The notes under the pieces were generated by a model. That model was not told the DNA's origin. It made no database searches and saw only the letters and a list, made by a program, of their open reading frames with translations. A stretch of DNA of 64,000 bases from NCBI RefSeq assembly GCF_006345805.1, contig NC_043005.1:49972001-50036000 (forward strand). Direction: 5' to 3'. This document shows positions 13,041-26,484 of the stretch, in pieces; within the stretch, counting starts at the first letter, position 1, and each line of letters starts with the position of its first letter. The position numbers were made by a program, and so were the translations under genes. This DNA is from Octopus sinensis (Eukaryota).

Positions 13041-13282
13041 AACTACAAGTAAGTTCACCACCATCAATTTATCGCAGGGGAAGTTCACTGCCATCAATTC
13101 ACCATGAAGAAAGTTCACTATGAGGAAAGTCCACTGCAAGGAAATTTTACCAAGAAAATATATTCATAGCATTTCACCATTAATAGTTAAAATCTATTTT
13201 ATTGAAAATGAAAAAATATGGTGAATTGATGACAGTGAACTTTTCCTGCAATGAATTGATGATGGTAAGCTTACTGTACCTG
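13041..13282. mobile_element. Foldback MITE, Mutator-like
   Basis: About 60-bp imperfect TIRs made of aagttcac/catcaatt subrepeats, with a 9-bp TSD ATAAAACTG (13032-13040 and 13283-13291). Confidence 0.7.
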
Positions 13283-14301
13283 ATAAAACTGTTATAGGAT
13301 TTTTTTAAACATTGAATGGTTATGAAGATCCACTTGAATAAAATAGAAACCAAAGGAATCCGTAGACAAAAAGAAAAAAAAATAGTTGAAAACCACTGGA
13401 CTAGTACCATGGCCTGTTTTTCCAAAAATTTGTCTTTAAAAACTTACCCTGGGTCCTATATGCAAAGATGGGCCTCCCTTAAGCTTTAATGCTCTATAAA
13501 CATTTTTTTCCTGAATAAACATTCCTGAAATTGTAGTTATGGGCACGGATGGGGGATATAATATTCCTGTTTGTTTTTTTTTAAGCCATCAAATATGGTA
13601 TATCAACTCCTGTACTTGACCAGTAATTTATTTTAATTCTACCAACTTGAGAAGGAAGAAAAGTATAGTTGACCTTGGTGGGATTCAAAATCAGAAAGTA
13701 GATTGCCTTAATTAAATAGCCCAAGCCATTTGTCCAATGTTCTTATGATTCTGCCAGTTCACTGCTCTTTTAAAAGTATGAAAGGAAAAGTTGACCTTGA
13801 AGGGTTTGAACTCAACAACATTAATAGTAATTATTTCTTACATTGGCTCTAATCCATGCAATTTTGGTAGACAGAGTTAGAAATTAAATCAAACATCAGT
13901 GCTTGAATAACATCCTACCCCATTCTGAAATCACAGTATAAAGGGAGATAACTAAATTCTGTATTTGCCAGCATATAAAAAGTGAGCCTGTCTAAAAAGC
14001 ACACCTATTTTACAATAATATTTTATGGAAAACAATTAGTGTTTTAATATGTTTCATCATAAATTTTGAGAAAGTGATTTTAAAGTGGAAATTGATGAAA
14101 AACATCTGCTGCAGCGTAAGCATTTTTATATGTAATTATTTATGAGAAAGTTACATTTATATGTTGGCAGATACAGTAATTCAAGTTCAAGTTCAAGATA
14201 GTTTTGTTTCTTGCTCTCCAATTTTGCTATCCACTCCCCAGCTCTTGGATGTTTTTAGCAGAGTTCAATTCTGTTGTAAACATTCAAACTTTACATCCAA
14301 T

Positions 14302-14360
14302 TTAAAATTTCTTCCCCACCCTCCATTTAACCTTTTGAATGTCTTTGGAACTTCCGTTGA
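14302..14360 (-). CDS. Candidate alternative terminal exon of the RhoGAP gene
   Basis: Acceptor cttg(t)14ag. Phase 1 reads (I)NGSSKDIQKVKWRVGKKF-TAA. There is no homology support. Confidence 0.22.
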
Positions 14361-14529
14361 CTAAAAAAAAAAAAAACAAGAATAAAAATAAATAAAGTAA
14401 TCAAAATAAGGATTTATATCATTGGATTCATAGCAAAGGCATATATTTTGGGAAGGAAAGAGAAGGAAAAATTTGAGTCAATTCAACTGACTTAAACACT
14501 TATTTTATATAGTATTCTTTATATCTTAA

Positions 14530-14744
14530 CCCTTTAGCACTTAAACCAGTCATATCCAACTCAGATGTTCTACCAGCTTTATGTTAAAACCAGCCAGATC
14601 CAGTCTCTCACACCAATCATTCAATGTTAACATAAAATAATCATATCACAGAAATTTCAAAGCTATGACATAATGCTTGATTAATTCAAAACAATGCAAA
14701 TGATTAAGCATTACATTTGACAGAGCAATCTGAATGCTAAAGGA
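14530..14744 (+). mobile_element. piggyBac-type MITE
   Basis: TTAA-ccctttagcac...aatgctaaagga-TTAA. An inverted homologue lies at 59107-59327. Confidence 0.75.
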
Positions 14745-14856
14745 TTAACATGGATATATTGCAGATAACCAACTATCTGTGATCCCAGTGATTTGTTAAT
14801 CACTGATTTCCTATATCAGTAAACATGAAAATTGTCTAAGCGTGTGGTTGATACCA

Positions 14857-14897
14857 GCTACTGATGATACTCAAAGATGCAGAAATACCTGTTTAGC
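14857..14897 (+). ncRNA. Minimal type-I hammerhead motif
   Basis: GCUA-CUGAUGA-UAC(UCAAAGAU)GCA-GAAAU-ACCU-GUU-UAGC. Stem I is GCUA/UAGC, and stem II has one mismatch. Confidence 0.55.
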
Positions 14898-15261
14898 AAT
14901 TCCACTGCTGCTTTTAGACACATATTGTTTGCTATTGATATAATTCTGTCTCTCTTAACACTATAAGTCTGTATGAGAAGCTTTCTCAAGATGAATAACA
15001 CAGTTTAATGACTTTCTACAGTATATCAACATTAAATAAGATATACAGAATGCTAGTTTGAACTAATACTTCTGTCACAAATAACGAATTTATATTATAT
15101 TCAGAATATAAATGCAGAAGCATCAAGAAATATGTAAATAAGTCATTTCATGGTGTATCTTAAAGCAAAAACAGCTATAAATATTTATTTCAAATATTGG
15201 CACAAGGCCAGCAATTTCAAGGAAGGGACTAGGTTGATTACATCGATCTCAGTATTATTAC

Positions 15262-15668
15262 TCTCTCTTTTACTCTTTTGTTTCAGTCATTTGACTGCAG
15301 CCATGCTGAAGCACCACCTTTTAGTAGAGCAAATCGACCCCAGGACTTATTCTTTGTAAGCCTAGTACTTATTCTATCGCTCTCTTTTGCCGAACCGCTA
15401 AGTTACAGGGATGTAAACACACCTGCATCAGTTGTCAAGCAATGTTGGGGGACAAATACAGAAACACAAACATATACACACATACATATATATATATACA
15501 TATATACAACAGGCCTCTTTCAGTTTCCGTCTACCAAATCCTCTCACGAGGCTTTGGTTGGCCTGAGGCTATAGTAGAAGTTACTTGCCCAAGGTACCAC
15601 ACTGTGGGAATGAACCTGGAACCATGCGGTTGGTAAGTAAGCTACTTACCACACAACCACTCCTGCAC
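15262..15668 (-). mobile_element. Full-length SINE family A, inserted into a family C copy
   Basis: Complete head-to-tail reverse copy. Family C halves lie on either side (about 15180-15250 and 15700-15828). Confidence 0.85.
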
Positions 15669-15974
15669 TTAGTTACTTACTACACAGCCACTCCTGTTTA
15701 TACTTATTTTATCAACCCTGAAAGGATGAAAAACAAAGTCGACCTCAGCGGAATTGAGCTTAGAACAAGAAGACGGATGAGATGCTGCCACTACGCATTT
15801 TTCCTGGGGTGTTAACAATTCTGACAGCTATAAATATTAGCTTGTAATAAATATATTAGGTTAAAAATCCTGGGGTAGAAAAAAGGTTGAACTTAGCAGG
15901 ATTTAAAATCAGAACATCAGAAAACATAACTAAATACTACAAGCACATCAGTCATGTTTGCAGAAGATTCATGG

Positions 15975-16465
15975 GTCAAGTCCTGTGGGCAACATCCAGC
16001 CTTTCCTCAATCCAAGCGTTTTTGCCCAATATATAACAATCGAAATCGATCAACATCAATGGAAATTGCAGCTGTGATACCAGTGCTGGTGGCACATAAG
16101 AGAACCATCCAAACGTGGCCGTTGCCAGCGGCGCCCCGACTGGCCTCGTGCTGGTGGCACGTAAAAAGCACCATCTGTTCGTGGCCGTTGCCAGCCTCGC
16201 CTGGCCCCCGTGCCGGTGGCATGTAAAAAGCACCATCCAATCGTGGCCATTTGCCAGCCTCATCTGGCACCTGTGCTGGTGGCACATAAAAAGCACCCAC
16301 TACACACATGGAGTGGTTGGCGTTAGGAAGGGCATCCAGCCGTAGAAACATTGCCAGAACAGACTGGGCCTGGTGCAGCCTTCTGGCTTCCCAGTCCCCA
16401 GTTGAACCATCCAACCCATGCTTGCATGGAAAGCGGACGCTAAACGGTGATGATGATGATGATGA
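15975..16465 (+). mobile_element. RTE LINE 3' UTR fragment, or RTE-tailed SINE, with internal 55-60 bp tandem repeats
   Basis: Repeated gtgctggtggcacgtaaaaagcacc units, ending ...gcatggaaagcggacgctaaacggt(gat)n. The same tail follows the RTE ORF at 31001-31965. Confidence 0.8.
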
Positions 16466-16495
16466 TATAACAAGTTATTATTTATAGTTGTAAGT

Positions 16496-16950
16496 AAGGT
16501 GACGAGCTGGCAGAATCATTAGCCAGGCAAAATGCTTAAAAGCGTTTCATTCGTCTTTAAGTTTTAAGTTCAAATTCTGCCAAGATCAACTTGGCTTTTC
16601 CTTCTTTCAGGATTGATAAAATAAGAACCAGTTGAATACTGGAGTGGATGTAGTAGACTTATCCACCTCCCTTGAACTTGTTGGTCTTGTGCCTGTGCCA
16701 AAATTTGAAACTATTAATTATAGCTGTATATAAGGTGGCGAGCTAGCAGAATCATTTAGCATGCCAGGCAAAATACTCAGCAGTATTTTGCCCATCTTCA
16801 TGTTCCAAATTCAAGTTCTGCCAAGGTTGACTTTGCCTTCATCCTTTTAGGGTTGATAAAATAAGTATCAGCTGTGTGCTGAGGTTGATGTAATCAACTA
16901 GTCCCCTTCCCCCAAAATTACAGGCTTTGTGCTCATAGCAGAAAAGATTA
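16496..16950 (+). mobile_element. Two tandem family C SINEs
   Basis: Two copies starting aaggtg(a/g)cgagct(g/a)gcagaatcatt at about 16496 and 16732. Confidence 0.8.
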
Positions 16951-17299
16951 TTTATAGCTGTATTTGCTTCAAGACACACCATTAAAAGGCTTATTCCATA
17001 TTATATATTGCAATTTGTAAGCAACTGTGTCATTGTTTGCAAGTTTCCAACAAGCCAAATAGCTGTTTCACTACTTTTCTCTGATGACAAATGATAAGGG
17101 AGTGCATGTAATTTGATGCAGAACAAACATCACAAACGACTTCATTCAAAATGTACTGATTCCACTGTTGGTATGTCTTTATTGTTTCCCCTTCTCCTAC
17201 CAATGTAATGGGAAATGAAGTATGCTGGAAGGATATTTGAACTTAGAATGTAAAGGGACTAAACCTAAATTCTTTGTGGTTCCAAAGAATCTGGCAGTC

Positions 17300-17326
17300 C
17301 ATCACCACCACCACCACCACCACACC

Positions 17327-17358
<32 letters not shown>

Positions 17359-17762
17359 CAACAACAAAACAACAACAACAATAACAACAACAACATAACA
17401 ATACAACATAACCACATAACAATACCAATAGGAACAATAAGATAACAACCAAATAACAATACAAGAACACCAACAACAGTATATGTAACAACAACAAAAC
17501 AATAGCAATACATTAGCAACAACAACAATAACAACAACAACAACAGCAGTATGACAACAACAACAATAACACAACAACAATAACACAACAACACCAATAA
17601 CACAACAACAATAACAACATTATAAGAACCATAATAGTAACAACACTAACACAATAACAACCATACAACAATAACAATACAACATTAGCAACCACAACAC
17701 AACAATAACAACAGTAATACAATAACAACCATACAATAACAATAATAGCCATAACAACACAA
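17300..17762. repeat. (CAC)n/(CAA)n low-complexity tract
   Basis: About 460 bp of degenerate CAA/CAC trinucleotides. Confidence 0.9.
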
Positions 17763-17857
17763 TAAAATCAGTGGTTTTTAATCTAAGATTTGATGTTGTT
17801 ATCCAATTGAAGCAGAAGCACAAAAATTTTGTGGAGAGGTATATATGTTTTATTGTT

Positions 17858-18442
17858 TCTTTTATCTTTTATTTGTTTTAGTCATGTGACTGTGGCCTGT
17901 GGTTATGCTGGGGCAACACTGTGAAGAAGTTTTAGTTGAATGTATCAACCCCGGTACTTATTGTGTTTTAAGCTTGAACTTATTCTGTTGGTCATTGGTC
18001 TCTTTTGCCTGTTGAACTGCTCAGTCACAGGGACATAAACACATCAACACTGTTTGTCAAGTAGTGGTGGGGGCCAAACACAGATACAAAGACATGCACA
18101 CACACACACACACACAATAGGCTTCTTTCAGTTTCCTTCTACCAAATACACTCACAAGGCTTTTGGTTGACTCAAAGCTATAGTAAGCTGCCGGACAAGA
18201 TAGTGAAGATGCCGACGACCGCCCGGTTCAAAGACTCTCTTGACCAGAAATGGCCTGAACTCTTTGTATGAACACCCTCCCTGTACATAACTCCATGTTC
18301 CCCTACATGACCTTGCTTTTTGCTTTTTGAGCCAAAAAATTAACTTAACTTAACTTATATAGTAGAAGACACTTGCCCAAAGTGCCAAGCAGTGGGACTG
18401 AACCTGAAACCATGTGGTTGGGAAGCAAGCTTCTTGCCACAT
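17858..18442 (-). mobile_element. SINE family A interrupted by a CR1-like 3' fragment
   Basis: Reverse family A copy split at gctatagta|gaagacac. Confidence 0.8.
18186..18357 (+). mobile_element. CR1-like LINE 3' end with (TTAAC)n tail
   Basis: Encodes KLPDKIVKMPTTARFKDSLDQKWPELFV*. TSD tatagta (18179-18185 and 18358-18364). Near-identical to 41182-41412. Confidence 0.8.
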
Positions 18443-18472
18443 AGCATTTATTCTAAGTCTTCGCACCTGTGC

Positions 18473-18509
<37 letters not shown>

Positions 18510-18892
18510 ATCAGAATTCTCTCAGTATGTTTCTGGTACTTGTTTTATTTACACCTGAAGAACGAGAGATAAAGTATTTAGTACAGTATTTAGTTATGTA
18601 AATGATGTAAGTGAATACCACAGCATATATCATTGGATGATCTACCAACTTTAGCATCCAATATTGTTTTCTCCCATAGACATTTTTTAACCCTTAGTCT
18701 GTCTTGTGTTACCTGTACACTAATCTTTCAGTTCTATTTATGTCTGATTCTTGGTTGCAGATGTTTTTTCCCTGTTTCTTTGGACCACTTGTGACCAGAA
18801 ATTCCTAGTCCATAGCTCAACTTCACTCATTTACTCAAGCTTGAGACTAGCATTTGAATGGTAATTGTCAGATAGAGATAGCTGTTTAAGAT

Positions 18893-18975
<83 letters not shown>

Positions 18976-20160
18976 GAGGAAAATGGATCCTAGTACTTGA
19001 CTGGTGCTTTATTTCTGTCTATCTCAGAAGGATAAAAGGCAAGGTTGATCTTAGTGGGATTTGAACTCAGAGCAAAGACTCAGAATAAATGCTATAAATC
19101 ACTTATCATATGCTCTAATGATTCCGCCAATCACCTAGATAAACCATGTTAACAAAGCCACAGATTTTGGAGGGTGTGGTGGAATAAATAATTAAATTGA
19201 TTCTAACTGTTGCTGTGTGTCAGATAATTGAGGACTGTGACAGATGGTGAAACGCTGAGACCTATGCAACCAATTTATCTATGGGAAAAAAAATCCCATG
19301 TAAAATGATAATGATTATAGTATACATATGGCCACATATATTTCCTAAAATCATACTAATATCATAAGAACTTTAATGCACACAATGTTAAAGTTAGTTA
19401 CTTTTGTCTAGATAATATTACTTCTATGAAAATCTATTACTCGAAACATTCAGCTCACACCCAAACAGTCATCTTGCAATCATTATAATCAATTTTCCTA
19501 TTTGCTCACAAGGACTTGCCTTTCCAAAGGGATGGTATATAGGTATTAGTTATACCATCTGAGAATATCAAGATTTATTACATAGGACTTACTGCTAATG
19601 AACTTCAAGGAATACTACAAGTAATATACATAATTGTTGAGATCTAGGAGCAGGGAAAACTTCACTTTCCTCACCTGATTTATCCGAAAGCTTAGGGCTC
19701 AAAGACACCATAATTCTACTACAACTTGAAATATTGTTAACAGAGCTACTCTATATTTCAATGGATCAGGTAACAATAGACTTTACCAATCTAAAAAGCC
19801 AGTGGTGTGTTGTGTCCTTGAGGAAGACACTTTATTTCAAATTGTTTCACTCCACTCAGCTGGCAAAAGTGTGTTGTGCCAGTAACTCAAAGGGTTGGCC
19901 TTGTCACATTCTGTGTCAAGCTGAATCTCCCTGCACATTAATATGCCACTTGCACATTAACTTCATGAGCAAGCTGTTCCATTGATTGGGTCAACTGAAA
20001 CCCTTGACATCATAACAGATGAAGTACCTGCTGATACATGAGTACAAAGCCACATTAAATGTAATGCAGTCCTAGCTATTGCATCTAAAAATCAGTAATA
20101 TGATATATCCTCTTATTTTTTCCTTTATAATCAAGTATAAAGCTACTCTTTAGCTTAGAC

Positions 20161-20283
20161 CAGTCATGGGCAATCTTTTTTCAAGAAGTGCATGAGACAT
20201 GGTTTGTCCTTTGGCAGGCTGCACTACTATAAAATTCAAGGTAGCTTGCAGGCTGCAGGTGGGCTACATGTTGTCCATGGCTG
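20161..20283. mobile_element. Small hAT/Charlie-like MITE
   Basis: TIRs cagtcatgggcaa / ttgtccatggctg, with a weak 8-bp TSD. Confidence 0.55.
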
Positions 20284-20626
20284 ACTTAAAGTGTGATGTT
20301 TTGCATTAAGTTTCTTTTATGTACACATAAGTAAACCTTAGTAGCCTTATTGTTTCCGATTTAGACACAATACCAGCAGTTTTTGAGGAAAGGGGATTAG
20401 TTGATACCAATGAATCAGTACTTTACTGATACTTTTATTTTGCTGACCCTGGAGGAATGAAAGGCAAAACTGATCTCAACAGGATTTGAACTCAAGATAA
20501 AATACTGTAAGGTATTTTTTTTTCTGGTGTTGTAATGATTCTACTAATCCATTACCTTAAAATACCATAGTCATTTTATATAGATAAGTGATGCATGTAT
20601 CTTATGAGTGTATGCTTGTGTATGTG

Positions 20627-21015
20627 CAGGGCCAGATTAAGACACATAGAGGCCCTAAACACATAGGAGATTTTGGTGCTCCCATAGATGTGTAATTCAA
20701 AATATAAATTATAATAAGCCATAAAATAAATTATTTTTCAAAATGAAACAAAGCTAAAAGTAAGGTGGAAAATAATGTTTAAGAGTTTTCTCCTACTTTT
20801 TTTATTAATTGCAAAGTCTTTGATCAGATCCTCACTATGATACCATGAACATTTTGAAATTATATTTCCAGTCATAAAAACCATTTCAAACATCATTTTA
20901 GCAAGTTTAAAGTGATTTCTTTTGTACCATAAACCATTCACTATTTCTGTAGTGCCCAACTTCCCTTGATGCTCTAAGCATGTACTTATTGTGCTTAATG
21001 GTTAATCCAGGGCTG
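20627..21015. mobile_element. hAT-type MITE
   Basis: TIRs cagggccagattaa / ttaatccagggctg, with 8-bp TSD tgtatgtg / tgtttgtg. Confidence 0.75.
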
Positions 21016-21514
21016 TGTTTGTGTGTGCACATGGGCAGAAGGCTGTGGAGAAACTGTGTGAGGAAGACAAGGTTATCTATTTTATAAGGTGTGATATAAA
21101 GGATTGTGCGAATCATTTTAAGAATATGTAAATGATAAATTTTAAAAAATTAATTGGATATTAATTTAGGTTCCTTATTCCTAATACTGCAATACGAAAG
21201 GGTTGTAATTTGTTTAGGCTAAAGTTTTAGTGACTAATTTGAAAATTATAACACTGAAATTTGAAATTAGAGAATTAGAAATATTGTAGGTATAAATTAT
21301 AAATATCTATCTTTAGAGAACCAGTAGTATTGTTCAATAGGAAGACCAAAAGTGCAACAGATATTTTCTGTTAAATGTATGCAAATTTAATCAATTATAT
21401 CTGTGTGAAGAGATGTACAAAATAGAAGTATGAGCCAAGAAAGTTATTGAATGCAGTCCGAAGGCCACATAGTGCACAAATAGAAGCACACACATACACA
21501 GACACAGACACACA

Positions 21515-21549
<35 letters not shown>

Positions 21550-22247
21550 ACGTTTATAAATGAATAAATACAAATTGATACACGGTAAAGTGCATTTATT
21601 TCAAAGTCAAGGACAATGTGTGTATATAGGTGTGTGCGTGTGTGAGTATATATTTAGCAGAGCAATAAGTAGATTGTTGGAATTATAAATGGTTGGAATA
21701 AAGAGATTAAATGTAAACCAGACAATTTAGAAAGGAAATCAGACTTTGTCATGCAATATCATAATCATTGTTTTAGCATCTACTTTTCCATACTTGCATG
21801 GGTCAGAGAGAGTTTTTTTGAAACACAAATTTTCAAAAGCTGGATGCCTTTCCTTTCACTGACTTTCATCTGCTTGTGTGGCAATGACACTCACAACTGG
21901 TGACAAAGAGACACAAACATACAAACACACACACACACATATATGTGTGTGTGTGTGTGTGCGTGTGTATGTGTGTGTGTATAATACATATATATGCGTG
22001 TGTGTATATATATGTAGTGTTAAACACTTTTGGTATGCAAATTAGGGACTCCTTCATAGAGTAGCTGCTGCATTTGTTGAATATATAAAGTTTGGCTGCT
22101 TGCTTCTCTAGAGATTGTCAAAATGAAGTGGACACCTTTGATGAGAATGCAGTAAGGTTTGAAAATTTATTAAGGTGGTTCATCATTTTTTCAGTCTGCA
22201 GAGAAATGGATAAAATTTGCCCTGTTTATATTTATACCATATGTTAC

Positions 22248-22292
<45 letters not shown>

Positions 22293-22701
22293 TACATACA
22301 ATCACAAAAATATATTTATATACATTCATATATCTTTTACTCTTTTCAGTCAGTAGACAGCAATCGGAGATAATGGTAACTTTCTCACCAGTTATATGCT
22401 ATAACCAGGAATACACTACTTGACAATATGAAAGTATATATACATTGGCAACTGACAAGTCCCTTAACCCCTTAAGGGTTGTTGGGACACTGCAACTGTG
22501 CAACATATTTAAGGCAAGAAAATCTGGTGGAAACCATCCCCCTCCAGGCTAAACTCATTTTTGCCAGATGAGTGGACTGGAGCAATGCGAAGTGAAGTGC
22601 TTTGCTCAAGAACACAGCACATCACCTGGTCCAGGAATCGAAATCACAATTTTGTGATCATGAGTCCAACACCCTAACCACTAAGCCATGAGCCTCTGTT
22701 C

Positions 22702-22747
<46 letters not shown>

Positions 22748-22802
22748 TCATCATCATCATCGTTTAACGGACGTTAAACGATGATGATGATGATGATGAT
22801 GA

Positions 22803-22847
<45 letters not shown>

Positions 22848-23009
22848 TATACATACATATATATATATATATATATACATATATATATACATATATACAT
22901 ACATACATATACATATACATACATATACATATATTTACATATACATACATACATACATACATACATACATACATACATACATACATACATACATACATAC
23001 ATACATACA

Positions 23010-23057
<48 letters not shown>

Positions 23058-23287
23058 CATATATTCATAATTAAGTTGATAAAACTCAATGACTGCTTAG
23101 AATATATAATGGGAAGAAGATGACATATTTTAGTTAGCGTATGTTCTTTGGAGAGGTAACTGTGAAAGCTCGTGTGTTAACGTACTTATTAGATTAAGTT
23201 GATTAGAGAGTTGTTTTATTTTTAAATGGTTTGCTATATAATGGGAAGAACAATATTTTAGGAAATGTTAGGGTGGTGAAAAGCAAA

Positions 23288-23720
23288 CCATCATCATCAT
23301 TATCATTTAATGTCTGTTTTCCATGCTGGCATGGGTTGGATGGTTTGACAGGTGCTGGCCAGCCAGGGAGCTGTCTAGACTCTAATTATCTGTTGTGGCA
23401 TGTTTTCTATGGTTGGGTGCCCTTTCTAATGCCAATCACTTTTCAGAGTGTGCTGAGTGCTTTTTACATGCCACTGGCATGAGGGCATTTACACAGTACT
23501 GACACAAGTATATTTTATGTGGCTCTAGCACCTGTAAAAGATAAAGCTCTATGTATGGACAACAGTGATTTTACTTAGCTTGACATGTCTTCTCAAGTAC
23601 AGCAAATTTCCACAACCCCTGGTCCCTTATCATTTCCTCAGTAAGGCCTAATGTCTAAAGATCCTTTCTCACTACTTCATTCCGTATTTTCCTGGTCTAT
23701 CCCTCCCATACATTCCCTCC
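23288..23720 (-). mobile_element. RTE 3' fragment
   Basis: Starts with the reverse-complement tail (cat)n ttaatgtctgttttccatgctggcatggg and continues into sequence matching the RTE ORF end. Confidence 0.7.
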
Positions 23721-24830
23721 ATAATTAGAGCTCAAATATGTATTTAACTGAGAATAAATATGCTTATACCTCTTTCAACAACAAGTAATGCATGGCAAAT
23801 CACTTTTGAAATTTATCTGAGAGTATATATCATAAAATATTAACACAATCATGGGAGATTCACCCCTTCATAAAGTCTTACACTAACAGCAAAATCGTTT
23901 TCCAACTATGGACAATGAAGATTCTGGAAGTTCTTTTTGCATACATAATTTTTCTGCCATTTAAAACTTATTTCATCTTGTTCACATTAATACACTTCAA
24001 AACATCAAGTTACCCAAACAAGAGGAGACCAACTGTAATAGTCAAGCACTAATCATCAGAATATGCCAGCTAATCTTTTGTTTATACTATGGCTATCAGA
24101 TCCTTTATGCATTATACATTTTAAGCTTTTTACTAGATATTCTACATAACACTTTTTCTTTTTGTTGTGCCATACACATGTCCCTCTCTCCTCACTTAAT
24201 TAGCCAGTATACTGAAATGTAGTGGCACTTGTAAATTAAATATTAACTTAAATTATATTAACAATTTTTATAGTAGCACACATGCTTGTACATTGTGTTG
24301 TGTACTGCACACTCAATATTTTCATTAACAACATTTTTACATGGCCAAATATATTCTCTTGCTCCTGTGATCAATGTACTAAAACCTATTACAATCTGCA
24401 ATTTAAATTTTAGATTTAATATTGATCCAGTTTATATTAGCCACTAACACATATGGGTTTATACATCACTTGTATATCTCAGTAGATTAAATCAAGGAAG
24501 CATTTCATCTACTACAATAACCATTTCTAAATTAACCTGACACTCTTATGGACACATTTCAATTATTCTTGACTAAATACATATTTTATTATTCTTTTCA
24601 TCACCAGTAATATTTCCTTCAATAAAATTCTACATATTATGAAACAAAACATTTAAAATAAACAATAATTTATTTTATTAGATAATTTTCTATCAATATA
24701 TTAAATCCCATAACATTATAGCTTTCACAGTTGTCCTAAGAACATACCTCTTCAAAAATATTATATACCCTTCCTGTTATAATATATCACAAACAAACTG
24801 GCATTGAGTTTTATCCCTTACTTATCATAT

Positions 24831-25230
24831 CTTTTATCTTTTACTGGTTTTAACCATCAGACTGCAGCCATGCTGGGGCACCATCTCGAAGAATTTTTTG
24901 CTGAACGAATTGACCCCTGCACTTATTATTTTTTTTAAAGGCTTGTATTTATTCTATTAGTCTCTTTTCCTGAACCACTAATTTATGGGGATGTAAAGAC
25001 ACCAACACCGGTTGTGAAGTGGTAGTGGAGGACAAACACAGACACAAAGACAGACAGACAGATACACACACACACGACGGGCTTCTTTCAGTTTCTGTCT
25101 ACCATATCCACTCACAATGCTTTGGTCGGCCTGAGACTACAGTAGAAGACACTTGCCCAAGGTGCAAGCAGTAGGACTGAACCCAGAACCATGTGGTTGG
25201 GAAGCAAGTTTCTTACAACAATGCCTGCAT
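24831..25230 (-). mobile_element. SINE family A
   Basis: Full reverse-complement copy. Confidence 0.8.
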
Positions 25231-25974
25231 CTAATATATATATATAATATTTGGGTAAAAACTTTGTAGTTTGTCATACTATATCTATGAGTTTAGTTCT
25301 ATCTGCAAATTGCTGAAAATAGCTCATTGCTTTGGGTATTCATTCTTGTACAGAGTGAAATGACAGTATGATATAGTGAAGGACTTGTTTGAAATTATTA
25401 CCTGAAGAATCTTACGCCTTCTGCCAATAAATGTCATCAAACAATCTTCCTTTATAACATCCAAAATATCAAAATAAACCTGGTAGGGCCACGTGACAAT
25501 TTTTAATCAACAAATATCACTGGTTCTGCTGCCACATAAAAAACACTGGTGCTGATGGCACATAAAAAATACTGAGTTCACTCTGTAAAGTGGTTGGTGT
25601 TAGGAAGGGTAGGCATCCAGCTGTAGAAACCAAACCAAAACAGACTATGGAACCCATGCCAGTTTGGAAAATGGACACTAAATGATGTAATATCATAAGG
25701 CCTGATTTCTCTTTTAAATTATTATCTGTTTTACTCAATATCTTTATTCTAGTCTATTTATAATTCTTTCAATCTATTTATTGCTGTTCTAAATATTTAT
25801 ATACACACATATACATCCATTGCCCTTGATTTTGGTGTACATATGCATTTTTGTATATATTAATTTGCATTTATTTATTTATTCATTCATTTATTTGTGT
25901 CCATCATCTTGTGTATCTATTAGTGTTCTGCACAGCTGTAGAAGTGTGTCTTAATTTATTGTCAGTTTTGGTGC

Positions 25975-26011
<37 letters not shown>

Positions 26012-26484
26012 TTTGTACATCTGTTCACATAGCTACAACTGATTAATGTAGATTTAATGTCAGTGGATTTTTTTTTTCTTGTTGTTAGTCTTTTGACAAA
26101 AGTAACTAACAATATCATTGATTCTCTCATGACAAACACCAATAATATTTTATAACTACAATGCATCTAAGTGAGTTTCTCCTCGATACTTCAGCTAAAG
26201 ACTTGTGTACTTCTAACTCTTCTAATTCTCGTATTTCTCATAATTCATGTACTTCTAATTCTCATATTTTCCAGTTTGATAGCCATTTCTTTTTTATTTT
26301 GTGTGTGTGTGTAAGCAGGGGAATCAATGTAAGAAACAAAAGTACAATTATATAAAATCTTTATCGATATAACATACTTAATATGTGTACGTAATTGAAA
26401 AACCAGACGCTACATTTTATGTCTGAGATAAATCCTTTTATATACGTATTAAGAAATATATATTCTTTTATTCTTTTTTTTTTA

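Larger units (their letters stand above)
11961..13398 (-). mobile_element. hAT-type MITE expanded by nested insertions
   Basis: Termini cagtgattctcaac...gttgaaaaccactg. Its internal pieces match the MITE at 35105-35392 in reverse orientation. Confidence 0.7.

Noticed and set aside
22118-22195. Acceptor followed by TEKMMNHLNKFSNLTAFSSKVSTSF*, ending in a PDZ-ligand-like motif
   Set aside because: It needs phase 0, but the upstream RhoGAP exon exits in phase 1, which gives N then stop. I found no phase-shifting exon in between.
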